From NCBI GenBank assembly GCA_003693705.1, contig RBZT01000860.1, positions 1-33,966 on the forward strand: a stretch of 33,966 bases of DNA, given 5' to 3'. How positions within the stretch are numbered: position 1 is the first letter of the stretch; each line of letters starts with the position of its first letter. The notes beneath the pieces are model-generated. The model was not told the origin of the DNA. It did not search any database and was given only the letters and a program-made list of their open reading frames with translations. The DNA comes from Polymyxa betae A26-41. Lineage: Eukaryota > Protista > Endomyxa: Phytomyxea. Made by a program: the position numbers and the translations under genes. Below, in pieces: positions 9,670 through 22,090 of the stretch.

Positions 9670-10845
9670 TTACGATTCCAGATCGTGATTGGTGGTGCTC
9701 ATGATATTGCTGGTCGATAATACAGGCCCATGAGGAGCGGAGCCCATCACGCGCGACTGATGTACGGGGGGGGCTTCGCCATCAGGACGTGCTGGGCCCG
9801 GCCCCGATTCAGCAAACTGTTGGTCGTGGACATGGACCCCCTCTGTCCGGGCGTCGTCTCGTCCTCCCACTGAACGATGTTAGAAGATGAGGATGTCGCA
9901 GACCACGACGACGCTCTGAACCTGAAGGGATTCAGTCTGGGCGACAACGGCCGGCACCTTGGCCGCGAATTTCGATGCCATCTCGGTCTCGAAGCTGGGT
10001 GTGCGACGCCCTTCGGCGGGCCAGCTCGCCCTGGCGAATCGATTCTTGGTCGCTAGAGCAACGTTCTTCATCGTCTTGACGATCCTCCATCGACAAAGAT
10101 ACCGTCCTATCTGTCAAATATTAAATTGATGGAAACGTTTTCAAAAAATTCAATAAAATTCACTTTGCAGTTGATCAACACAGAATTAATAAAGTCATTG
10201 TACCGCTGAATTCTCTGGCGACGGTTGATAGAAGTGACCCCGTGAAGACGCCTCATCATGACCGATGATCGCATGATATGTGGCCGCCACCGGGCGTACT
10301 GGTCGCCGGCGCTCCGTTACCGGCGGCAGGAGATAATCGCGCCTAAACGTGGTCTGATAATCGGTCGAGGCGCCTGGATAGCCGACCACGGCATGCGACG
10401 GTCCGTCACGGGGCGCCGCTCGTGCCGCAGACCTCGGCGTCGTTCTGGCCGCCGTTGGGAACAGGCTCTGCCGCGCCATGCTCTGATAGTCGAGGTCGTC
10501 GTCGCCGAACATGATCCGATGGTTGTGATGGGTTCATAGAAGATCCTGCGCGTCATCAGACCCGGCCGCTCACCGAAGAGCGACGCCGTGGTCGTCGCGA
10601 AATCGCGATCGTCGTGTACGCGATTCGCCATGTAGCGCGTCGGATGGCCGAATTATCGACGTCCGATACGAAGGCGTCGACGTCGCCAGCGACTCGCAAA
10701 CGCTGTTGGTCGTCATCCATCGGTCCGGGCCATCATCAATCGTCATGGAGCGAGGCGCGGTCGGAGGGGCGCACCACTCGCGGAGTCCGCGACGGCTTCG
10801 TGGTCGTGGCGAACTGCGCCAACGTTGACGACGTCCATTCAGTAC
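9670..10845 (-). pseudogene. frameshifted gene for a repeat protein resembling SAXO/TEX45-type (Mn-motif) microtubule inner proteins
   Basis: Recurring motif across shifting frames: WTSSTLAQF, WMTTNSVC, FATTTASLF, YQSMARQSL, YQTTFRRDY, FETEMASKF, MSTTNSL, MSTTNHD, separated by Pro/Arg spacers. GT-AG intron at 10111-10203. Several frameshifts. Confidence 0.5.
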
Positions 10846-13800
10846 AACACCAATGTCTTAAAAGCATCATCAGCGAAATTCCTGATAACATGGAGAATGG
10901 CATCCGTATATTGTATCAATTGACATGTTGCTAATGATGATATCAGTTGATCAGTATCTATCATCATACAACTACTAATAAGATAATATCAATAGAGTAC
11001 AGTAATGTCAATTCAGAATGCACATTTAAACATTTCGAGACAACAACTTTCTTCCGTAATGGGTGCGTTTGAGGAAACAGGGTATACGAGATATCAAAAG
11101 ACATGATCGCCTGTTGGTAGTGACTCCATCAATATGGCAAGCACATGCATCTTGATCCTGCTTTCGTCATAGCTTTATCGAAAGCAGGTAGGTCGCCATG
11201 CTACTCATCAGCATTATTTTCACCTAAATACCAGTTCTCAGATAACTTTTGAGAAAATTCAATGCATACAAATGTTTCGGTTTTCGTGTATACACCAAAC
11301 GCACACAAAGCCAAAAAACCTTTACTGGAGAGACATGTCATATAAATGCAAGAGGGCTTGCAACGGGGGTTCGATGGCAGCTTTAGAAATATGATCAAAG
11401 CAGTGAGATGATGCGATCGTGATCGTAGGAGTGGCTTCAATATGGGGCTCAGATCATGGACAACAAGTATAGCTTATAGCTCACCGCTATAATACACTGC
11501 AGATATCTCAGTCTCACTATGTTCCATCCTTCGAGAGGCGTTTGAGGGGAATATCGTTTCTCGAGTCGCCTAACACTGTTACACAACAAAAGGCTGGGGT
11601 GATGGGCTGCTGCAAATACGACAGAACATTGACCCCATTACATAATGAATGACAGCAACAATTACCATCTCTGCAGAATTCGCGACTTTTTGATTAGGGC
11701 TTCCCGATGTCTTGAGACCAGCGACATTCAGACATCGCTAAAGACAGCCCCCAACAAGACTCGCTAAAGCATTCATCTCAAAGCCCACAAGCAAATTGTG
11801 AAACGATATCGGGTCGGAATGCTATAATCGCTACCAGAAAGGCAACGATGAGCCAGAACAACCGGTGAAAATCGTTCAGCCAAATTGCCATGTTTAATAG
11901 AATAGGATTTTATTGTTTTCGTCGTCTTCCATACTAAAATCTCGACAATATGTATATACAGAACAACAGAGGAATCGAATATTACAAAGACGAAATTAGA
12001 AATGATATTGGGCTTCGCCTTGCCGAATATTGACTTCAACAATGGGCCGACTTGTCTGTTTCTAAACAACCAACACCAAATAACTTTGTTTATCCATACT
12101 CGACGATACATCCTTGTTCCTGAAAGTTTGACGGCAAATCCAGACCGAAAATGCTGCCGATTCCAATTGCAATCTTTGCATAAAACTCATCATATTTCTG
12201 GCATTTGTTGAACTCAGTGGTAGCACTGGCAGGTTTAGCACGGAAGCTCCACAGTGCGACGGTTGATCATGGTGTCCTCACGACGAATTGCGGTTTCGGA
12301 GAGGGGACCACTCTTGTCCCACACAATCCCAACCGCATCCATTTGTTCATCGTTGTCCTCGGGATTCTTGGCCTTAGCGTACTCTTGGAATAGCCCCAGC
12401 AGGAGAGGTATGTCTGGCGCTGTGTGTTGTCCATGTAACTGTAGAAGCTTTGCTTTCGTTTCTCCATAGAGTCAAGCTTGCCGGAGTACAGCTGGGCGTT
12501 CATGTAGAGCAACATTCTGCGCAGCTGTGTTAGAGCTCGTTTAGGGGGGGTCACCGCGTACTTAGTCTAGTCGAGAAAGATTTGCCTCCGTGTTGATAAC
12601 CTGCCGGCAGGGTGGCTACACGACTCTCCCCGTAAAGCAGATACGATCGCCGCTTGTCGAACCCGAATTTCCATTCGGCGCGGGGCACAAATAAGGCCGT
12701 CGGGTAAAGCGTTAATATCCCGGTCACCAAGCACTTCGTAGCACCGAACATGCCTGAGTGTGCAGCGTGGCAAGCCATAGGCAATGGATCCGCAAACTCA
12801 CTACTTTCTTACAATCAACGAAGTATGAATTCTGAAGATGCACAAGTCTACCAGTCGACCCAGAACTACATTTTGCTGACATAGACACGCGGAGGCAGCT
12901 AAAATATACCCTACCAGTCGACCCAAGAACCGCATCTGCTTCTTGATCAACTTTTGACCGATGCACATCACAAAATTACACAACGCATTAAAGAATTTTT
13001 GTCTAAAAATGGTAAAACCCTAATTTTTCCCTGTGGTTTCTTGATTATCTGCCATGTTTTGTTTGTCTGTTCTTATTTCACCCAAAAGGTGACAAGAAAT
13101 TTTCTTTAGCGAAAAGAAGATACTAGATAGAAGAAAGAAACCTTAGCCAAGCTGGTTGCTCCCACTTCGTGAAGCAGAGGCAGCTTGCCAAATAAGAGAG
13201 GCTTAAATCTAGCGGGCTGTGCCTTTATCCTCTGTATAAAAAGACATATAGCATAATCGTTTGGTGATCTCATCCCGAACTCTCATATCTGTTGCAGCAT
13301 CTTAGCGGCTATGCCTTACAGCTCACCTCACGACGCAATAATCGTATTAAACATATACTGACTATTCGAGCTTTCAAGGAACCTGGAGTTGAGACCGAGG
13401 ATCTGAACTGTCCTCTTTTACCTGTTTATAATATTGAACCTCTTGAGAAGATCAATGATGCCAATATTATCTGGTCAGCATTCAAATTTTTTATCGATTT
13501 GAACTTTGATGGTTTTGTCTCTGCTGAACTCTTAGGTGTCACTTCTTGGTCTATACTATTTGGTTGTTTGCTGTTAATAAGCCCACAAACGTCGTCTGTT
13601 CTCATCATTGGTGAAGTCTGCTGGCTCTCAAACCTCCGCCTCTTTTTTTTACAAATGAAATAGTGATTGCTGGTGATGCGATCACCCATTTGGGCCAGAG
13701 TGCTGATTGCAGAGGAAGCCTCTCAAGAAAGTGCAGTAGTATCTCGATGAAGTGAAAGCAGTCGGAACTGCTGAGGAAGCAACAGTCGAATGAACGGAAT

Positions 13801-14399
13801 AATTCTCTTTGATGAAGGAGCAGCACCACTGGCTGAAGGAACAGCAGCCGGTGCTACCAATGAGTCAACAGCTGACTGAGCAGAGCGATTTCTGTGATGA
13901 AGCGAGAATCGAAGAAACCTTTCTAACCGATAACGAAGGAGCTGCATTGCTTGCTGAAACGGTTTTAGATGGACCTCCCTCGGTAGCTGTTGATGAAGCG
14001 ACAGCGGAATGGGCAGTATAATTTGAGTCAGATGATGCTCTTACAGGCAATTGTCGCCTGCGAAGTCCATCTCGCAAACTATCTCACAATATAATAGTTA
14101 TGATGAAGTTTCTTAGTGCATCCTCGATCATGATAACATTGCCTAGCCGCTTTGACCACAAACAAATGCGAGAAGATTCCCGATTTTGCATTACAGAACA
14201 TCTGCATGTTATAACAGGTAAGCAAAACAATTAAACTTGTTAACGGTTCGTGAAGTCTAGATTAACTGCATTTTCAAACAAGTGAAATCGTCCAAAGTGA
14301 AAATACATTATTAGGTACAGCTTCTTTTGAACAAAATAGTGCAGAGAGTACCCTACATATGTCAGATCTGCACAAAATCATTTCGCGCGGATTACGCGA

Positions 14400-15121
14400 G
14401 CCCGAATTGGATTCATTCTAACTGAGCTTTGTTAGAAAGCCTAGAACCATAAATTGTGGAAAGTCGGTAGAACGTTGTTGAGAGAGATCAAGTCAAAAAA
14501 TCAATCTACTTATGAGAAAGGTCGGCAATGCCTTCCCAAAGCCTGATTCGTTAAGTTAGTCGTATTAAAGTGTTTCCTACCGCGTAAGAAATCATCGTGA
14601 GATGCCAGAAATTCATCTGAACATACCGCAATCCCGATAATCATGCATATCGATGAAAGTATCAATGCACTTGCATTTCGGATCCAAAGATCAATATTCG
14701 GCGCACCGGCTGCGGAGAGGGATCAACCAAGAAGATAGAAAATTTCCAGCAAACTTAATATCAAATATTCGTTGATGAACAGAGAGTCAAGGGAACCTGC
14801 TCCGGCATAGTTGCTTTGATTATTTTGGAGCGAAAGTAAGGAAAAGACGATCGCGAAAGTACTAGTAATGTTTCAATCGGTTGCTAATAATCGATTGCGC
14901 CTGGTATCCACGCTGGCTGGCCCCATCTCTCGAGAATCAACGGAGCCATTGAAATCATCCACTTCAATCCCAAGCGAGTCGGCGATTACTCCATTTAATT
15001 GTAAAAATTGCTGTTCCATCAGTAAAGGATCTTTTCATCCCATGTTCACATTAGCATAAAGTGAATTTGTTAACACAAAACCCAAAACAACAAGTGTGAA
15101 AATGTAGAGTCATACAATCAT
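14400..15121 (-). pseudogene. degenerate secreted protein, possibly LRR
   Basis: Signal-peptide-like MIV*LYIFTLVVLGFVLTNSLYA. In-frame TGA at 15110, 15035 and 14873. LRR-like IADLSHK*IDFL..SL..TF..L near 14450-14530. Confidence 0.35.
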
Positions 15122-15616
15122 AAATTTCTACTAATATGATCATCAATATAGTTATATTCGTTGCTTTATTTTCTGCATTCATGCAAGGCCGATTTCAAAA
15201 TTTCTAAAAAACACAACAATTTATCCAAGAGGCGCTATCGGCTATCGACTTGATTGAGAGCCATGTTATTGCTATCTATTTGCCTCTATCAAGAGAAATT
15301 TTGTGCTCATCACGTTGTCGCAGACGTTTTTAATGATTCTAGTCGGCGATTCGATGCTAGTAAAGCGCAAGCCGTTTGGCAGCTAATCTGCGATCACATT
15401 CTTAGATTTCCATTGATGCATTTTGCAATGGAGCTTGAACAATGCCATGCTTGAGTCCGGTCGATTGTTTTGTCCACCAGCTATCCATTGGTGGACAGCG
15501 CGGCATCGATCCACTATTCGTTGTATGGGATCTGCTCGTTGTCTTAATTAAGTGGAATTGAATCAATGAAATTCATTTTAACCAATTGTCGGCATTCGAA
15601 CATGTTTTAATTACAC

Positions 15617-15838
15617 TAGGGGTATCAAAGTTGGCGTTAGGGAGAAATTTTAAAGCGCTTAAATATTCGCCCGAGGCATCGGTTTAGAAGCGCTTTAAAG
15701 TGGAGGCCACGCAACCTTGCGAAAAAAATTCGGAAAGATACCTCTTTTTCACCGACTTATAGCATGAACAGCAAAGTTTAAAGCGCTTTAAAGACCTTTA
15801 AAGCAGAAATTTAAAGCTAGCAGGTTTGATACCCCCTA
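15617..15838. mobile_element. short hAT-like MITE
   Basis: TIR TAGGGG(G)TATCAAA at both ends. Imperfect flanking duplication TAATTACA/CTATTACA. Internal repeats of TTTAAAG(CG)CTTTAAA. Confidence 0.7.
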
Positions 15839-16631
15839 CTATTACAATGTTTCGAAAAAGCTGACAATGACCCAAAAAATACTCACAATTTCAAAAAAAA
15901 AACAAAAGCCAAGCGTCTTTGACTACTTAGGTGCAAATTTTCATAAAATTCCAGAGTCTATGAAACTGTGAGCATTGACTGCCACAGAAATTCGCGCCAG
16001 TTCTCTGACTCATTGTACAAGCAGTTCCCCTGAACTGAAGTGCTTGCCAGCTTCAAACTGGTTATGATCGGTTGCGTAATATTTGTTCATTTCGTGATCG
16101 ATCGCTACCCAATTCTCCTCGCAGATATTCTCGCAATCTTCCCGGACCATACAAGTTCGTTTTTGAAAATTGATTTCATCTTGATGCGATATATGCTCTT
16201 GATGCAGAATCTATAAAATCTGCAGTCGTGGCTTTCGGTATATTGCCTGCGGCTCCGACTTGTCCCTGTTCCTTGCCACATTCCTCCTTCCCAGTCCAAA
16301 TTCTTTATGAAAAGTTCATACTGTTCCGCATTGGAGACGAGCTAGACTTCATCGATAACTGGTGAACGGGCGCAGGATTCACTTCGCTTTCTATATATTT
16401 GAGACATCGAGCAGATCCCATACAGCAAATAGTGGATCGAGGCCTGGATAGTGGATAGCTGTGACGAGGGTGTCAACTGGTACGGGACAGCGCGGCCTCT
16501 ATTTTCTAGTGGACGACCGGCTTGAGTCACCTTCCTTCTGTGACGGCTGTTCAGCGATGAATCAATGCTGACAGTCAGTGATTCCATTATCACATTCTAG
16601 TATAATCGTAATCTTCACAATTGTTGAGTTA

Positions 16632-16997
16632 ATGTCTAACGCGCGTGAAGTCGTAGGAACCCCAGATGCCGCCCCAGAGCACTTGGCCATCGCCATCCAA
16701 ATTCAAGAGGTTTATGCGTATGAATCACATTTTTGTTATAAATAACCAATTCATTTTCAGATGATATCGCCAAAACATGAATCGATAGAGGAACAGATTG
16801 CCAAAGAGCAGTCGGAAGTTATCAAAACTGCAGAGCGATTGTGGGTCGAATTGGAGAAACAACGCCAGATAAGACGAGAGGAAAGAAAACGATTGCAGGA
16901 TGCGTCTGGTAAACAACAGGCTCCCTTTAAAATTCGTAACAAGGCCCAGAACAAGCCCAAGCCCAAGACCGAGCCAATAGTCTGGCCTGCATTTTGA
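16632..16997 (+). CDS. hypothetical two-exon coiled-coil protein (104 aa), possibly the 5' part of a decayed longer gene
   Basis: Exon 16632-16709 (MSNAREVV...IQE), phase-0 intron 16710-16760 (GTTTATG...TTTTCAG), exon 16761-16997 rich in E/K/R/Q. Confidence 0.45.
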
Positions 16998-18618
16998 GAG
17001 TCTGTTTTCTTACTCCTGTTGTCTTCAGTACAGTGATTGTTCATCGGATAGTATTGGATTGATCGTCTTAATACAGGAGGTACAGAGACTTCCCAGCACA
17101 AAACCTGATTTATCATTGCTAAGCTCCAGAGTTTCTACAACCGTTTATGGAACCTCTCCGCCTTTGTAGTTGCTCGGTTAATGTCTAGGGTTGTCCCTGA
17201 GCTATATTGAGCGGTGTCCAGCTATTCACTGTCATGTCGTTCGCTATCCGGTCTTGATAGTCTTTTATGTTAGCTATCAGACTTACTCTCTTCCGATGAG
17301 CTCAATAAACGTCATTGCAATCTGTACTTAGGCGATTATCTTGGGCTTTTGCCTTGAGAATAGCCAAGGTCGTATTCGAAATGGCTCCAAATTGTTTATT
17401 GCCAGCGTGTTATGCAAGCCGCATTACAGCTTACGAGGTTGAATATCCTGGTCTGCATCCGACCTGGTGCTCGAGGGTCTTTGATGTGACGGGTGCTTAA
17501 ATTCGAAAAAGACTGATTGGGCTTTTTTGGGTTTGCGGAATGCCACTGAATTCTCCCTGAGGTCATGTTGTTGTGCCACAGGAGCAGCAGCTGCCGAAGA
17601 CGACGCCTCCAGGTTGTCGTCGGCGGCGCCTGCCGTCACGTAGACCGTATTGACTATTGACCATGACAGCAGCCTTCTTCCTGTCCGTTTTTCGGTCCAT
17701 TTTTATGGAAAAATACAAAGGCTTCATTCCGCTAAGCTTTCGTGTTATTTCCAGTCAGGATCACCTCACATATAGGTCTGCAAGAGTTAAAAACTCGAAT
17801 GCAAAATGCCACATTTGCATGTTGCTTAATTCATCGATGAATGGCCACTGCGCATCTTGCCTGTAAATAGACGATCATCGTCACCATGGAAGCCAATGCA
17901 TTTCTATAAAAGCCAAAGCTACTTGTCAGCTGGGTTCGGGATGTCGATCGTACAGCCCCCGAAAAATCTAACACCAAATCCGAACACTACCGGTAATCTG
18001 AGTAGTCGGAAGCGCGGCCCAGCCGGGGTGATGGTTCTTGGATGAGTTTTTCAGGGCGCCAAACTGGTTGTTCTGTCCAGGTTAGGTCCTTGAATCAGTA
18101 GAAATCCCTGTCACAAATTCTTATATCTTGATTCCCTGTGTTTTCTCGCCTTTGTATTCCATCTTCGGTGGTTTGACAGAGCTCTTGCCCCTATCAACGC
18201 CTAAAAATCAGGATCGTTGGCTTTCCGGGATAATCAATCTGCTTTTTGCCAGTGGTTAAAATTCGATCTTGTTCATCAAGCGATTGGATAATCAGAAGCT
18301 CATCATGTATTTTTGGAAAACACCAATGTAATAGCCAAACTGGTTTGCATTGAATCACACCGACCAATAAATAAATTATTTTGTAATTTCCGGACATCTG
18401 CATGTGTTGCGAGAAAACAACCGTATTCTGGATTCACCATAGTCTTAACAGACATTTTTACTGTATTTATATACAAAACGAGCCATGAATTCGAACCTCG
18501 AGATATGGGAATTATGAATTAATTATCGTGTAACGAATAGCAAGTGGTGAGAGTCCCCGGGCTATGGTAAATATTTGTAAAGTCTTCCACCCCAATTGTT
18601 GTGTATCACAACGAATCA

Positions 18619-19713
18619 TCAAAAATTCAAGGGAAGATGTCCTAATGCCTCCAAATATCCCCTAAAGTGCCATTCGAATATAAGGTTTCCCTGATATCCC
18701 ATCGATTGATGGACATTGCGAAAGAGTTGCGCAATTCTGGGTTCCAATGATTCCGTAAGGTTTGGAATCGGATATTTAAACCGGAATGCCCATGTTGGAG
18801 TCGGTTGTTGATTCAAAGGCAAAGCAGTACCGAAAAGGAACAGGTACAGATCATCCAGACAGCGCTGGTAGTTCCGTGCTACCGGCACCGTTGAACCATT
18901 GTCCGTCAGACGAACCATCATCTCGGCGTGCGCTATCGCGGTCAGAAGATGATCATCGATTAAATCTTGTACACTCTTCAGCAATAGTTCCTCGTCCGAA
19001 GGTGTATCTTGAAGACAAAGTTCATTGTCCACAGCATTTTCAGGTAGCGACTTTGGGGCATTCCTGATACGATGCATCTCTGCTCTGGAGACTGTTACTG
19101 CCACGATCATTAGAACTATGGTAGTCATAATAAACCAAGTCAGAGATATTGCATCCGCTTGATAAAGAGCAATCATCAAGACAATGGTCTCGGTTATAAA
19201 CATCCAAAACGCGCTCATACTGACGACGGTCGACCAGAACATCTGGTTCTTTGTCACCATAATATTCGGCGGTAGCCTGAGCTTCAGTATAGCAGGGCCC
19301 ATAGCAGCAATGGCCGCTATCAAACAGCTCATGATCGTAATATGCACACTTTTGAAAAAGGTGCAAAGATTCACTGCAACAGAGCCGGTGAGAATGATCG
19401 CCACTGCTGGCTGTGCCACAATAAGAAACGATGTTCCGCTCTTCACAGCAACCGATGTGTCCTGAATATTATAGAATTCCCCATCCGGTATATTGACAGC
19501 TTCACCAGCCAGCAAGTATCCGACCAAACAGGAGGCCACAAATACCAGCCATGGTATATAGTCGTATCTCATCATCTCATTCTTTGGACAGCTAGTTGTT
19601 GCTCCAGGCGCACTGGCTGAGCTGAAAACGACCTCTTGAGCAGCATTGACAATTGTGAAGCTGATCAAGGCCCAAACATATATTGACCATGCTACGTACA
19701 CAGATTTAGCCAT
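18619..19713 (-). CDS. hypothetical multi-pass membrane protein (364 aa)
   Basis: Uninterrupted ORF from the ATG at 19713 (MAKSVYVAW). Signal-peptide-like start, about 6 hydrophobic segments and a soluble C-terminal tail. Family not recognised. Confidence 0.75.
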   Translation of the reverse strand: MAKSVYVAWSIYVWALISFTIVNAAQEVVFSSASAPGATTSCPKNEMMRYDYIPWLVFVASCLVGYLLAGEAVNIPDGEFYNIQDTSVAVKSGTSFLIVAQPAVAIILTGSVAVNLCTFFKSVHITIMSCLIAAIAAMGPAILKLRLPPNIMVTKNQMFWSTVVSMSAFWMFITETIVLMIALYQADAISLTWFIMTTIVLMIVAVTVSRAEMHRIRNAPKSLPENAVDNELCLQDTPSDEELLLKSVQDLIDDHLLTAIAHAEMMVRLTDNGSTVPVARNYQRCLDDLYLFLFGTALPLNQQPTPTWAFRFKYPIPNLTESLEPRIAQLFRNVHQSMGYQGNLIFEWHFRGYLEALGHLPLNF

Positions 19714-20011
19714 TTTTCGGACTACAAAGTGAAACCGTATGTTAATCAAATAAGACAAAGATATTTTATAGGATTTGGATTCCCCAATTCACAACACGCG
19801 CCCATTCGTGCACAGATATACTGTGCCCCGCGATCATCCCAGAAGTTCACCAAACGGAGAAAAAACGCATGATATAATGTCAACACGAAACAAAATTCCA
19901 TGATCAATTCAATCCATTTCACCAATGCAATTTCATTAGCGAAATCTGTAACTAAAAAGGCAAAGCTACTGTAAAACTAACAAAGTTATTATGGCAATGT
20001 TTCAGAGTTGC

Positions 20012-21318
20012 TGAAGAACTTCCAATGCGTTGGGACGAATCACGCACAAGTCGATACGGCTGTGCTCTATGATTTTTGCGGTCTATCTGCACTTTCATAG
20101 CAGAATCATGACCGCCAATCGGTCGCTCAGATCTGGCCGTTCCCGCCCACCGACGAAAGCTGAAACGCGCTGCCCAGTGGAACGCTTTGGAATCGCTGTA
20201 TGAGTTTAGCGACAATTTCGGCGGCTGCTTCTATTACGACGACGTTGCGCGAGCCGCTCTGGTCGCCGGCCATTTCGAATTATGGATGCAATATCTGCTG
20301 CTATATCGCTTCCATTGCATTGCTATCAACGATTCTCATGAATCGTGGCCCTGTTTCTTAGAGCCTATTCGCATTCTACTCTATTCGGATCTCGACGATC
20401 GTGTTCGCTTTGAGGCGCTGAAATTTATTCAAGAGATCTTCTTACCGAATTTGCCGACAAGACGCGAAATTTTCCCGAACGATTAACACATGAGGCGATT
20501 GCCTCTGATTCCGATACGATTTGGACCAGGGACGAGGTCGTCCCCGTTCAAATCATCCTCGATCGTTTGGATTCCTCAAATCCGGTGCTTTATCCTGGAT
20601 CTGAGCCAATTTTACGTTACTTTGTTGATGAGATCGCTGTCTGCACCAATCTGAATCATCTAAAGCGCGTCGTCTGTAGATTTCGACCCGATTTATACAA
20701 GTTGGTTTTGGTTCATCTCTCTCCGGATGTTTTAGCCGGCAGCTTGTCAATATCATACTCCGATTTACTGATACAGAATACGGACGCAGACTTGTGCTAT
20801 CGTTATCGCGACAGCCTGAAAGACGTCGCTGATTTCCTGCAATATAATCCGGGATTTATCAGTAAACTTCTCGCTGCTTTGGAGCTCTTTCAAGATGTGT
20901 GTGACGGTACTGCTGACTTCAGCGAATGCCATGTGTGGTTACGGGAGCTGCGCGAAGACGATCAATCCCTCGATACGGATCGCCCAGAAGTCGAAACTAT
21001 CAGCTGGGTGGCTCGAAAGTTATTAGAACAGCTCTGTCGAATTTTCCATGTCTCAAATGAGACAGCTATCTTAGATCTTAAGGACTGTCCTTGTAATTAT
21101 CAGTTGGGAAGAGAGTATATAAATGGACACCATATTATACACAGATTTCACACTTTTAATGCCATCTAGTCTATCATAATGTCAGCTGGCTAGATCTCAT
21201 ACCAAAAACTGAAAATATCGATCCGTATAGTGCGAGTTAGATAGGCTGAGTCGAGGCCAGCGACAGTAACATATAAAGTATGAAGAACTTCCAATGCGTT
21301 GGGACGAATCACGCACAA
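20012..21318 (+). repeat. 38-bp exact direct repeat (20012-20049 and 21281-21318)
   Basis: TGAAGAACTTCCAATGCGTTGGGACGAATCACGCACAA occurs twice and extends ~13 bp further with mismatches. Confidence 0.9.
20025..21169 (+). pseudogene. disrupted hypothetical helical protein joining ORFs 20187-20486 and 20567-21169
   Basis: The frame from ATG 20025 has TGA at 20070 and 20109. One frameshift near 20470 links it to PERLTHEAIASDSDTIWTRDEVVPVQIILDRLDSSNP and the 200-aa ORF. Confidence 0.6.
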
Positions 21319-22090
21319 ATCGGTACCGCTGGCTTGTACTTGAATATCCCTAAGAACGTTTTAATCATTTCTAGATTTTAAACTTTTTGGATAGGTGGAT
21401 AGGATTGCACTACCTGTATGTTCGCACCTACCATGAATTTATGATGCACGTAAGGTTCGGTTGACCGGTGAAAATTGTAATATCAGAGACATTTCATATT
21501 GCACAGCTGCTTTGCATGTATACTGTGTGATGTGCTTAAGGTGAGGGGTGCTTCAATTTGTATGTTGTTATAAAAGCCCGCGCATTTTTCTCTTTATCAA
21601 TTTTCAAAGTGTCTATTGGCGGCTGTTTCGTAATCTGCAACGGCACGTCGGTCGCCTCATCAATTGCAATTCGACGATGCGATCTTCCCTGTTTTCGAGC
21701 AGACTCACACTGCCATGACTAGCTCCGGCCGCCATGGTCCGCTTCCCGATGTCCCGATCTACCGAAGCCCGGCAACAGGCCTCTCTGAGGTTCTATTTTC
21801 TATCCCAGGCCCGCTTGTTAACGGGGTCTTCACTTTCGGAACGAATCTTATTCACAAGATGGGTATGGTTTTTCATGATTCCTTATCTGTGTTTTCTGTG
21901 GCTCTTGATTTCGCTTGTTTGCAGCTTTCGTTAATCAAAAAGTGTTGCTGTTGGCCTGTTGTTGGTGTTTTCTCTGTTAATCGTGTTCATGAAAATTTGC
22001 TATCATCTTCTGCGCTTCTCTGAATAACATTCTCCTCGTCAGGTGTCCGCAAACCCTTGAGCATCTCGTCATTTGGGGATTGGCTGAGCT

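Noticed and set aside
11773-14100. Fragmentary ORFs as a recognisable gene or transposase
   Set aside because: They look like decayed coding sequence, but no motif could be assigned.
18786-19620. Short overlapping or antisense ORFs in the ORF track
   Set aside because: They are shadows of the 18619-19713 CDS. The same applies to most short ORFs over the GC-rich 6300-10900 region.
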